From: an uncultured Spirochaetota bacterium
Lineage (GTDB): Bacteria; Spirochaetota; Spirochaetia; SZUA-6; Fen-1364
DNA: 64,000 nucleotides
Direction of reading: 5' to 3'
NCBI GenBank assembly: GCA_963734545.1
Contig: CAVTHO010000007.1
Span: 32,001-96,000 of the forward strand
Part shown: in pieces, positions 52,285 through 61,915 of the stretch
How the letters are laid out: every line of letters starts with the position of its first letter
How positions within the stretch are numbered: the first letter of the stretch is position 1
The notes under the pieces: generated by a model
Seen by the model: only the letters and a program-made list of their open reading frames with translations
The model's database searches: none
What the model was told of the DNA's origin: nothing
Program-made: the position numbers and the translations under genes

Positions 52285-52518
52285 ATGAAAAAAGCGCTCC
52301 TGGTTGTCGTCGTGATCTTCTTCGTTCTTGCGGTCCCTCTGTCGGTGTCTGCTCAACCGAATCAGGGGAATGGACATGCGTGGTGCTTTGGCTGGGGATT
52401 CTTCTGGCACCATTTCGGGTGGGGATGGCATCATGGCTTCACCCCGCCTGCCACGCCTCCCCTGCCGCCGGCCGAGCCCGGCGATCCCAAGGGGGGAGAT
52501 GGCGGCGGGAAGGGCTGA
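52285..52518 (+). CDS. Small secreted Trp/His/Gly- and Pro-rich protein
   Basis: AGGAGG RBS; MKK-hydrophobic-SVSA signal peptide; 77 aa. Confidence 0.7.
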   Translation: MKKALLVVVVIFFVLAVPLSVSAQPNQGNGHAWCFGWGFFWHHFGWGWHHGFTPPATPPLPPAEPGDPKGGDGGGKG

Positions 52519-52708
52519 AAGGCGGCGCGACGGAACTACCGGTCAGCCGCGACAGTCTTCGCGCAGACAGTGTCTCACCTTGCCCGGCATGGAAATCGAG
52601 TGATACATTCTTGTTGCGGGCACGCCAGGGCGGCGGGCAGTCACGATGCCCGCCGCTTTTGCATTGACGCTCCTCGTTTCAACCTGAGCCTGCACCAGGA
52701 GGGAACAC

Positions 52709-55700
52709 ATGCTTCGGTATCGACTCTCCTCCCTGTCAGCATTCATGGTCCTGATGCTCGTTGCCAGTGCGGCACATGCCGCGCCCCAGCCGTCAGACTA
52801 CGTGCGCGCATCCGGTACAAGCCTGGTTGTCGGCCCCGATGACCGTCGGATCTTCCTGAGGGGAGTGGGATTCGGCAACGAAGTATGGTCGAATTCGCCG
52901 CTCCCGACAACGACCGACCATAGCGAGGCTGATTTCCGGCTCCTGAGAGAGAACAATTTCAACACCGTCAGATTCTACATGAACCATTCCTTTTTCGAAG
53001 ACGATGCACGGCCTTCTGTCTACAGGAAATCGGGATTCGACTGGCTGGACCAGAACATCGCCTGGGCGGAGAAAAACGACATCTACCTGGTCCTGAGCAT
53101 GGAAATTGCCCCGGGAGGAGATCCGGGGGCCACCGATCTGTGGGACAACGCGGACAGCCGCAGCAGGCTCGTGGCGCTCTGGAAGGAAATAGCCGCCCAC
53201 TGCCGGGACAAGACGCGTGTTGCCGCATACGACCTGCTGAACGGACCGCACCCAAGCGCTTCCCTCGGGCAATGGCGGGATCTTGCCGTCGAGCTCGTGC
53301 GGGTGGTGCGCACTGTGGACCCATTCCACCTCATTTTCGTTCAACGTGCAGTGGGGATCAGGAACCAGGGGGCCAGCTACGGGGCGCTCAACTTTTTCCC
53401 GGTCAAAGACTCGAATGTTGCCTACGGCTTCCAATTCTACGATCCCAATGAGTACACGAATCAGTACGCTCCCTGGAATGACATGACAAAGGGCGTTGAA
53501 GGCGGCGTCTATCCTGACGAGAGCCGCGTCATGGCTCCTGTCGATTCGGTCTGGGCAGGATTTTCCGACAACTCATCCAAGCTCAAGACCGGAACGATGG
53601 ACTGGAAAGAGTTCAACGGAGACTTCGGTATCAAATACAAGGTCAGGGATTCGGATTTCATCCTCGGCAGACCCGTATTCGAGGTAGCGGCCGTGGGTCC
53701 GAAGGGCGCATGCTGGTTCGACGACTATGAAGTGCGGGAGTATGCGCCAAACGGCGCAGTCAGGACCGTTGCCTCGGGCAGCCTCAACGCGCTCGGGGAG
53801 GGCTACTTCTGGTCAAAGGACGGGAGCGGCGTCGCTTCACTGGACCTGGCGGGCGGTCATTCGGGATCGGCCCTCAAGATCGAGGGAACGAAGAGTGATG
53901 CGGCCTTCAATCTCATGGCTCAAACCTTCGCCGTGACGAACGGGTATTCGTATGCCATTCGCGGCTGGTACCGCGTCCGCGATGTCCCTGCCCAGGCCAG
54001 CATCCGCATGCGGATGGATTTCGAAAAATCCCCGTCCGGCGCGAAACCTCTGGCGCGGAACAAGGACTACCTGTATGCGCGCATGAAACCGTTCCTCGAC
54101 TGGGGAAAGACGAACAAGGTGCCGCTCTACCTCGGGGAGTTCGGACTCTATCACCCCTGCTTCGAGAAAGACTCGAAGGGAGTGGACCGGGGGGGAATCA
54201 ACTGGGTACGCGACATGGCGTCGCTCATCGTCGAGAACGACCTGAGCGCAACGTATCACGACTGGCATGAGACCTCGTTCGGGATCTTCTCCAATGATCT
54301 TTCCCGGCTTCCTGATCCAAAGGCCCTCATTCCCGGCCTTCTGGACCAGTTCAAAATCGCCTATTCCCCGTCCGCGCCCCAGCGCCTGGTGGCGAAGACC
54401 GGCAAAGGGCTGGCAATCACGGCGGGCAGACTCGGGCCCGTGTTCCCCGTCTTCTACTCTTACTACAACGACAATCCAGTGGGAACCGTCGTTCTCAAGA
54501 ACTGGGAAAAGACGCCGGCAGAGGACATCAGCGTGAGCTTCCAGGTCAAGGAGTACATGACCAATCCGAAGGTGGCGATACTCCCGGGCAGGATCGAGCC
54601 CGGGCCAGGAGAGGCAGGTCGAGCTGTTCGGGCTGTTCACCAACAAGCTGCTGGACCTTTCCCAGGGCAGCCTCGTTTCCGCGAATGTCATCCTCCAGTA
54701 CAGCATGGGCGGAAAGCCGGGCCGGCAGGAGATCTTCGAGGACGTCCGGATCCTGGACAGGAACGCGCTGACCTGGGATGATGACCGCAAGGTCGCTGCC
54801 TTCGTCAACGCGAAGGACCAGACCGTGCTGAGGTTCGCGCGCAACGTCAGCGCATCTCTCCGGGACAAAGCGGGAATGTCCCTGAACAAGAATCTCGCAC
54901 TCGCCCTCGGCATCCATGAAGCACTGACTCTTTACGGCATCGCCTATTCGACCGATCCGGCCTCGGCGTACGAACAGACCTCCAGGAACAAGGGTGATGT
55001 CGACTTCCTGCAGTTTCCCCAGCAGACACTCGAGTACAGAACCGGTGACTGCGACGATTTGTCGATCCTCTACTGCGCGCTGCTGGAGAGTGTCGGGATC
55101 GAAACCGCGTTCATCACGGTGCCGGGGCACATCTACATGGCATTCAACGTGGAGATGAGCCCTGCGGAAGCGCGCAAGAGGTTTCTCAAGCCGGATGACC
55201 TGATCTACAAGGACGAGAAGAGTTGGGTGCCGATCGAGGTGACCCAGCGCGAAGGCGGATTCCTGAAAGCGTGGGCAACCGGGGCCAAGGAATGGTGGGA
55301 CAACAATGCCCGCCAGCAGGCTCGGCTCTATCCGACGCGGGATGCGTGGCAGCTCTACCCGGCGGTGGGGCTCGGCGGCCAGACGTCGCAGATCACGCTG
55401 CCCACGGATGACAGGATCATCAAGGCTTTCACTGCCGAAGTGCAGCGTTTCGTTGACCGCGAGATCTACCCGCGGGAGACGCAGCTCCGGAGCGCCATGA
55501 AGAAGAATCCGAAGGACCCGAAAGCCGCGAATCAGCTCGGCGTCCTCTATGCGCAATACGGGCTGTATGACAAGGCTGAGTCGGAGTTCAAGAAAATACT
55601 CGGCGCGCAGGACTATGTCCCGACACTCCTGAACATGGGCAATGTGTCGCTGATGAGAGGAGACTCCCGCAAAGCAATGGACTTCTACGCCCGCGCGTAC

Positions 55701-55919
55701 AAGCTGGCGCCGGCGAACGCTCATGTCCTTCTGGCATACGCCAAGGCAAATCACGAGAATGAGAACTACGGAACGGCCCAGGAAGCCTACGGCAAGCTCA
55801 AGGGCATCGATCCGGATCTCGCACGGCAGTTCGCGTACCTGGACCTTCGGGGCGACGAATCGAGGCGGGCGGCCGACTACGCCGAGCTTTCAGGATCGGT
55901 GCTCTGGGAAGAACGGTGA
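52709..55919 (+). CDS. Secreted multidomain protein: GH5-like barrel with inserted CBM-like region, transglutaminase-like domain and TPRs (+1 frameshift at ~54602)
   Basis: Signal peptide; FNTVRFYM; YDLLNGP; LYLGEFG. After removing one G: EPGQERQVELFGLF...GDCDD...GHIY...PIE and TPR-like helices. About 1069 aa when joined. Confidence 0.75.
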
Positions 55920-56090
55920 CGAGTCGGCGCTCCTGAGCCTTCAGGCCCTGAGAGAGTGTACGCTGCCCGCAGCCTCATGGGCGGCGGACGGCTCCTGTTC
56001 GTCCGCCGTGGCCGCCCGGCCCGATTGACGCGGCGGCAGTATATTTGTATATTGCTGTATAGAAAATCCTATATACATGGAGTGCCCCCA

Positions 56091-56447
56091 ATGACCGAGC
56101 ATCTGACGAATGAAACATTTGCCGCCAAGGTATTCGACTACGCGAAGAACGAAGAGTGGAAGTACGCCGGCAGCGCGCCCGCAATCGTCGACTTCTGGGC
56201 GGAATGGTGCGGCCCCTGCAGGATGATTTCCCCGATACTCGAGGAGATCTCGCGTGACTACGAGGGCAGGCTGAATGTCTACAAGGTCAATGTCGACGAG
56301 CAGGTCGATGTCGCCGCCGCGTTCGGCATCCAGAGCATCCCGAGCCTTCTCTTCATACCGATGAACGATACGCCGCGATTGGCCGTCGGCGCCCAGCCCA
56401 AGGCGGCGATCATGAAGCTGGTGAAGGAAGTTCTCAAGGTCGAATAG
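56091..56447 (+). CDS. trxA: Thioredoxin
   Basis: VDFWAEWCGPCR; IQSIP; upstream TTGACG-17-TATATT promoter. Confidence 0.95.
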   Translation: MTEHLTNETFAAKVFDYAKNEEWKYAGSAPAIVDFWAEWCGPCRMISPILEEISRDYEGRLNVYKVNVDEQVDVAAAFGIQSIPSLLFIPMNDTPRLAVGAQPKAAIMKLVKEVLKVE

Positions 56448-56559
56448 GGCGCGGGGCTTCAAAACGCGGCGGTGACCAGCCGCCGCTGACTGCCTGCCGA
56501 GCTCCCCTTCTTGAATGTGCCGCCCTTCCGGGAGAGAATCGCGATTGCGCAAGGAGGGA

Positions 56560-57354
56560 GTGGCGGTGCGACTTCTTTTGCTCCAGTCGAGCGGACGAAC
56601 GGCGGGCAATACGGCCCGCGCCCTGGCTATCGCCGAAGCTGCGTTGCGCGCGGAAGCAGCAGCGACGGGAGAGCCGCTGGAGCTCGAGACCATTCACCTC
56701 GCGCAGATGGACATCCGGTCATGCGCGGGGTGCAGGACCTGCTTCAACAAGGGCGAGACAGCCTGCCCGCTGAAAGACGATCTGCTCTCGATCAAGGCGC
56801 GGATGAAGGCGGCGGACGGGATCCTCCTCGCGGGGCCGGTCTATGTGCATGACGTGAACGGCGTGATGAAGAACTGGATCGACCGTATGGCGCACGTGTG
56901 TCATCGCCCCGAGTTCGCGGGAAAGACCGCCCTGCTGATCACCACGACGGGAGGAACGTCGGTGAAACATGCCCTGCGGACCATGCAGGTGGCACTCTGG
57001 ACGTGGGGGTTCAGAACAGCCGGCACGCTGGGGCTTGCGACCGGGGCCGCCATGCCGGTTGAAGAAATAAAACGGCGGCATTCCGCCGTGATCAGCCGCG
57101 CGGCGCGGAGGCTGTTTCAGGACGTGCGTCGGAAGGCGTTCATGAAGCCGTCCTTCCTGTCGCTGATGGTCTTCAGAATCCAGCAGTCCGGATGGGAGAA
57201 ATCGGCTCCCGGCTCAATCGACTACGCGTATTGGAATGACAGAGGCTGGCTCGATGCCCGGCATTGCAGCTACTTCTTTCCGCACAATGCCAACCCCGTC
57301 AAGGTAGCCGTTGCCCGGGCGGCAGGCGCGGTCACCGCGGCATTCACGTCCTGA
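56560..57354 (+). CDS. Flavodoxin-fold NADPH-dependent FMN reductase / iron-sulfur flavoprotein family
   Basis: SGRTAGNT FMN loop; CAGCRTC-x7-C; ADGILLAGPVY; KNWIDR; AGGAGG RBS. Confidence 0.85.
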   Translation: MAVRLLLLQSSGRTAGNTARALAIAEAALRAEAAATGEPLELETIHLAQMDIRSCAGCRTCFNKGETACPLKDDLLSIKARMKAADGILLAGPVYVHDVNGVMKNWIDRMAHVCHRPEFAGKTALLITTTGGTSVKHALRTMQVALWTWGFRTAGTLGLATGAAMPVEEIKRRHSAVISRAARRLFQDVRRKAFMKPSFLSLMVFRIQQSGWEKSAPGSIDYAYWNDRGWLDARHCSYFFPHNANPVKVAVARAAGAVTAAFTS

Positions 57355-57429
57355 CGGACGCTGCTGCAGTCGTCCTGTTGCGGCGTCAAGCAGGTCCGGA
57401 GTACGATGAACCTGGGAGGATCACACGCC

Positions 57430-58395
57430 ATGAAACGAGCCGCCATCACGACGCTTCTTGTCGCCCTCACTGCCTCGCTCTGGGCCTTTGACTTTCCCAA
57501 GCCGACCGCGGAGATCACGCGTTTCCAGGTCGAAGCGATCAGCCTGCGCGACGTCACCTTCCTCTTCGACCTGGCGGTGAAGAATCCGTATCCGATCAAG
57601 ATCGCCTTCGACGGGGTCACTCTCGTCTTTACGGTGGAAGGGACGCAAGTGTTCACGACGGCGAGCAAGGGCGGGTTCTCCGTCGGCGCGAAAAGTCAGA
57701 AGACCAACACATTCACGGTGACTCTCGCCTACGACGCCATCATCAAGCTCGTGAAGGATTACATTTCCAAGGAATGGCTCAACACGGTGATAAACGGCAC
57801 GCTGGTCATTCCATTGCCCCGCATGCCGGGTCTTCCGAAGAGCGTGACGTTCAAGTATGAGCTCGCGAAGAAGATTCCGGCGATCAAGCCGAAGGTCGAC
57901 GTTCTCAACTTCGCCGTGATGCCCCCCTCGGCGGACCAGGTCAAGGCCGCCCTCATCCGTGCCGGCAAGAAGACGGATCCCGGCAAGGCGCTCGGAGTGT
58001 TCAAGGACGTTCTTGCCGGCAGGAAACCGGCCGCGCCCGTGATCGATCCCGCTGACCTCGATGTGCCTCTCACTGTCCAATTCACGATTGCCATCAGGAA
58101 CGAGGCAAAGGGACCGCTCGCATTCAACAGCCTGCACTACGACCTGATCGTGAATGACGAGCACCTCGTGGCGGGGGATGCAACGGACATCGTCAAGAAG
58201 CCCGACGGTGACCTGGTGACTGTGACGAACGTGTTCAGCTCTTCGAAGCTGTCGAAGAGGGTGAAGCAGCTCTTCAGCGACAGGCGGGGCACTTTTGGCA
58301 TCCAGGGCAAGGCTTCTCTCAAGCTGCCCGACGAGATCCGCAAGGAGCCGATTCCGCTCAGCTTCGACGAGTCAGGGGCTTTTGCCCTGCGGTAG
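57430..58395 (+). CDS. LEA type 2 (WHy) domain protein, secreted
   Basis: Signal peptide; FDLAVKNPYPIKI and second-domain TIAIRNE motifs. Confidence 0.7.
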   Translation: MKRAAITTLLVALTASLWAFDFPKPTAEITRFQVEAISLRDVTFLFDLAVKNPYPIKIAFDGVTLVFTVEGTQVFTTASKGGFSVGAKSQKTNTFTVTLAYDAIIKLVKDYISKEWLNTVINGTLVIPLPRMPGLPKSVTFKYELAKKIPAIKPKVDVLNFAVMPPSADQVKAALIRAGKKTDPGKALGVFKDVLAGRKPAAPVIDPADLDVPLTVQFTIAIRNEAKGPLAFNSLHYDLIVNDEHLVAGDATDIVKKPDGDLVTVTNVFSSSKLSKRVKQLFSDRRGTFGIQGKASLKLPDEIRKEPIPLSFDESGAFALR

Positions 58396-58430
58396 ACCCT
58401 GCAGCGGCATCTCCCGGTCCTCTTTCCGCG

Positions 58431-58604
58431 CTACCATTCCCAGCGATCGCTGAAGGTCCGTTCCATTTCATCGATCTGCCGGTCCGCATCTCCGCGGCCT
58501 GTCGCCAAGGGCTTGCGCGGGGGCCTGCGATTGACGGGGGTTCCGGTTCCGGCATTGCGGCGCTGCGGCTGGGTCAGGCTTTCCTTTTTCATCGTTTCGT
58601 ACAT
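58431..58604 (-). CDS. Hypothetical 57-aa basic protein
   Basis: AGGAGG RBS before ATG; sole ORF downstream of candidate response-regulator boxes; ends DRWEW. Confidence 0.5.
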   Translation of the reverse strand: MYETMKKESLTQPQRRNAGTGTPVNRRPPRKPLATGRGDADRQIDEMERTFSDRWEW

Positions 58605-58661
58605 TTCCTTGCCTCCTGTGCTGTGCACGATGAGGAGAATGCCGCATCTGCCGTGTGCGCG

Positions 58662-58727
58662 CATCGGTCCCGGGAACCGTTTTCTACCGGTCTTTGGCCT
58701 GAGACAATTCTCGTGCTTTGGTCGCAG
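58662..58727 (-). promoter_or_regulatory. Candidate NarL/LuxR-type response regulator binding sites
   Basis: Minus strand TGCGACCAAAGCACGA, TCAGGCCAAAGACCGG and GTTCCCGGGACCGATG at 23-24 bp spacing. Confidence 0.45.
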
Positions 58728-58748
58728 GAGGGGAGGAGCGCTCCGGGA

Positions 58749-59402
58749 TCAGGTCAGGCCGCGCTTCACCGCGAACAGCGCCGCCTGCGTCCTGTCGGCA
58801 AGGTCGAGCTTGGCAAGGAGATTTCCGACATGGGTCTTCACTGTCTTTTCGCTGATGAACAGCTCTTTCGCGATCAGCTTGTTGGAAAGCCCGCGGCCCA
58901 GACAGCGCAGCACGTCCTGCTCGCGGGACGTCAGCAGCTCCTCGGGCCGATTCTGCGCCCCGCCCGCGATGCCGCTCATCAGCCGCCGCGCGACCTCCGG
59001 GTTGAGCCGGACCTCTCCGCGCGCCGCCGCCTTGATCGTCTCCGCCAGCTCCTCGGGTCCCACGTCCTTCAGGAGGTAGGAGACAGCGCCCGCGCGGATG
59101 GCGGGAAACAGCTTGTCGTCCTCCGCGAAGCTCGTGAGGACGATGATCGAGATTTCGGGATGCGCTTCGTGCAGCCTGCGCGTTGTCTCGATGCCGTCCA
59201 TCCCCGGCATCACCAGGTCCATGAGCACCACCCGCGGCTGCGCACTATCGGCAAGGGCGAGCGCCTCGGGTCCGCTGGCGGCTTCTCCCGCCACCTCGAT
59301 GCCGTCCACCATGCCCAGGAAATTCCGCAGGCCTTCCCTGACCACCGCGTGATCGTCGACGATCATTACCCGGACCGCATCGGCTGACTTTTTCCGCATC
59401 AT
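58749..59402 (-). CDS. NarL/LiaR-family response regulator
   Basis: IVDDHAVVREG, LMDLVMP, YLLKD, LTSREQDVL..L.RGLSNKLIA.ELFISEKTVKTHV. Confidence 0.95.
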   Translation of the reverse strand: MMRKKSADAVRVMIVDDHAVVREGLRNFLGMVDGIEVAGEAASGPEALALADSAQPRVVLMDLVMPGMDGIETTRRLHEAHPEISIIVLTSFAEDDKLFPAIRAGAVSYLLKDVGPEELAETIKAAARGEVRLNPEVARRLMSGIAGGAQNRPEELLTSREQDVLRCLGRGLSNKLIAKELFISEKTVKTHVGNLLAKLDLADRTQAALFAVKRGLT

Positions 59403-60599
59403 GCTCCTCCCGGATCCAATGGGAGCCGTACCTCGATCTCGGTTCCCTCTGCCGGCGCCGAGCGTACGCAGACAGTGCCTCCGAGCGCTTCGACCCGCTC
59501 GCGAATGGACTGCAGCCCGTAGCTTTCAGGCTGCCGGTCGGCTTCGGGGTCGAAGCCCCTGCCGCTGTCCCGGACGCGCAGCGCAGCCTCGCGCGGGCTG
59601 AAAGCGAGCGTCACTTCTGCCTCCCCGACTCCGGCATGCTTGAAGACATTGCTCAGGGCTTCCCGCGCGCTGCGGAACAACGCATCCTTGACGGCCGCGG
59701 CTGCCCGGCTCATCGCCTTCCACGGTCAGCTTGACCCGCAGGCCGTCCCTCCGCTCGCGCAGCGCCGCATGGCGCTCCAGGGCGCGCACAAGCCCGGCCT
59801 CGGCCACCGATTGCGGCCGCAGCTCGTCGATCAGCAGCCTCATCTCGGAGAGCGCGTCCCGCGCCAGCTCCTGCAGCCGGTCGAGCATTCCCGGGACGCG
59901 CGCCGGGTCCTGGCCGATCGCCATTTTTGCCGCCTGCGCGGTGAGGTTCATGCTGAATACCGTCTGCGTCGCCGCGTCATGGAGCTCCCGCGCCAGGCGC
60001 GCGCGCTCCTGCGCCGCCGCCGCCTCTTCGGCCTGCTCCGCGTATGCGCGGAGGCGGCGGTTGGCTTCCTCGAGGCGCTCCAGGAGCTCTTCGCTCTTCT
60101 TCCGCGCGGCTTCCGCGGTGCGGGACGCGCGGCCGTACAGGCCGATTATCAACGAGCCGGCGATGTAGACGGTGGCGAACGGGGCGGCCGCGCGCAGCCC
60201 GAAAGCCGCGATCAACCCGGCGGTCAGCATCACGCAGATGGCGGCCAGCCATTTCACGTCCGCCCCGTGGGGGAGATATTGCACCGCGACAATGCTGAGA
60301 CTGATGAAAAGAAGCGCGTAGTAGTCGAGCCGCGGTTCGGTGAGGAGAAGCGTGCAGATGACGGCGGAAGCCAGGGCGAGGTGGACGTGAATCCACCCTG
60401 CCCAGCGCCGGCTGATTGCGGGCAGCAGGATGCTCAGCGCGAGAAAGACTGCCAGGAGGCCATAGACGATTTCATGCACCGCGCCTTCCTCGGGGGTACG
60501 CAGGAGAACCCGGATCAGGACGGAGAGGTAGGCCAGGAAGTAGAGGATGAACGGCAGGGGAGACTCCGGGTGGAAGAACGCGGCTCTCTTCGTGGCCAC
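59399..60599 (-). CDS. Membrane sensor histidine kinase, HisKA_3 type (+1 frameshift at ~59700)
   Basis: N-terminal TM helices; ERARLARELHD; EALSNVFKHA, VRDSGRGF and GLQSIRERV in the shifted frame. Confidence 0.9.
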
Positions 60600-60647
60600 A
60601 GCGCGATTCTAGCAGATTTGCCGTATTTGGCAAGCCGAGGGCGGAGT

Positions 60648-60675
60648 AAAAAAAAGCCGGCTGCTGCCGGCTTTT
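60648..60675 (-). terminator. Intrinsic terminator
   Basis: AAAAGCCGGC-agca-GCCGGC followed by 8 T on the minus strand. Confidence 0.85.
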
Positions 60676-60756
60676 AAGAAATCCGGTCGATGGTCTGCCA
60701 CTGGCGGTTTCCATCCCGGATTCAACTGGTAGATGAGGGACATGCCCTCTCTCCAC
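60648..60756 (-). ncRNA. Candidate structured small RNA (unassigned)
   Basis: TTGACA(60790-85)-17-TACCAT(60767-62) with extended TG; two hairpins, then the terminator; no family recognised. Confidence 0.55.
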
Positions 60757-60824
60757 TTTCAATGGTAGCACCGGGAGGCGCCGTTGTCAACTTTTCGACG
60801 CGGGTGGCCCCGCCTCCCGGAAGG

Positions 60825-61808
60825 TCATCTCTCCAGCACTCTCTCGATCTGGGTCATCTGGTCCGGACTCAAAGGACCGCGCGCGAGGGCCCCGGCGTTC
60901 TCCTCCACCTGCTTCACCGTGCGGAAGCCGGGAATGGGAATGGTGCGCGCGCTCCGCGCCCACAGCCAGGCAATGGCGCCCTGCGCAAGGGACCGTCCGC
61001 CGCTTTCCAGGATCTGGCGGATTGCATCGCGCTTCTGCAGCCACTCGGCATCAGGGGCCCCGCCCTTGAAATACTTCATCCATTCAGGGCTTTTCTCACC
61101 GCGCACGTCGTCGGCCGAAGGCCTCGTCTGGGCGCTGTATTTGCCCGTGAGGAGTCCCATGGCCAGGGGGCCGCGATTGATGGCGGCAAGGTCGTTCTTT
61201 TCGCACACGGCAAGCACGGCTGGATTGTCATCCAGCACATTGAGCTGGAGCTGGATGGAGGTGCATTTCGGCCCCTGGGCAAAAGCTTCGGCGCGATCCG
61301 GGAAATCGGTGCTCCAGCCGTACGCCCGGATTTTCCCTTCCTTGACCAGCGCCTCCAGGGTGTCGCGGACCGGGCCGGACTTGTCCGCTGGGTAGCCATT
61401 GTCGTGGAACTGGTACAAGTCGATGTAGTCCGTGTTGAGACGTCGGAGAGACGCCGCGCATGCCTCGCGGATATGGGCGGGAGAGGCGTCCCCGCCGCTC
61501 ACCTGCCTCGTCTTTTCGTCGAAAACCGAGTTGAACTTCGTGGCGATGACAACGCTCCTGCGCCGGCCGTCCAGGGCCCGGGCGAGCACCCGTTCGCTGT
61601 GCCCCGCCCCATAGACGTCCGCGGTGTCAAAGAAGGTCACGCCCAGGTCCATGGCGCGATGCACGGCGCGGATGGATTCCTTGTCGTCCACCTGGCCCCA
61701 GCCCAGGGGCGTATCCCCGTTCCAGAAGGGACCCCCGATTGCCCAGCAGCCCATGCCCAGGGCGCTGACCTCGATACCCGATCTGCCGAGTGTGCGTGTA
61801 AGAGCCAT
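60825..61808 (-). CDS. Aldo/keto reductase
   Basis: LGMGCWAIGG, FDTADVYGAGHSE, IATKF, SLRRLNTDYIDLYQFH, IPIPGFR. Confidence 0.95.
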   Translation of the reverse strand: MALTRTLGRSGIEVSALGMGCWAIGGPFWNGDTPLGWGQVDDKESIRAVHRAMDLGVTFFDTADVYGAGHSERVLARALDGRRRSVVIATKFNSVFDEKTRQVSGGDASPAHIREACAASLRRLNTDYIDLYQFHDNGYPADKSGPVRDTLEALVKEGKIRAYGWSTDFPDRAEAFAQGPKCTSIQLQLNVLDDNPAVLAVCEKNDLAAINRGPLAMGLLTGKYSAQTRPSADDVRGEKSPEWMKYFKGGAPDAEWLQKRDAIRQILESGGRSLAQGAIAWLWARSARTIPIPGFRTVKQVEENAGALARGPLSPDQMTQIERVLER

Positions 61809-61915
61809 GGGGGGAATATAATGACGCGGGCGAAATCCGGAAAAGGGATTTCTCCTTACTTTGACCGCGCATGTCGGCTATCATGGGGAGGAATTCCTGA
61901 TCCAGGAGGCGCTTC

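Noticed and set aside
60609-60743. Short minus-strand ORF (MSLIYQLNPGWKPP...) inside the candidate sRNA
   Set aside because: It runs through the intrinsic terminator, and its RBS and ATG are sequestered in hairpin 1; a leader-peptide role is not excluded but is unsupported.
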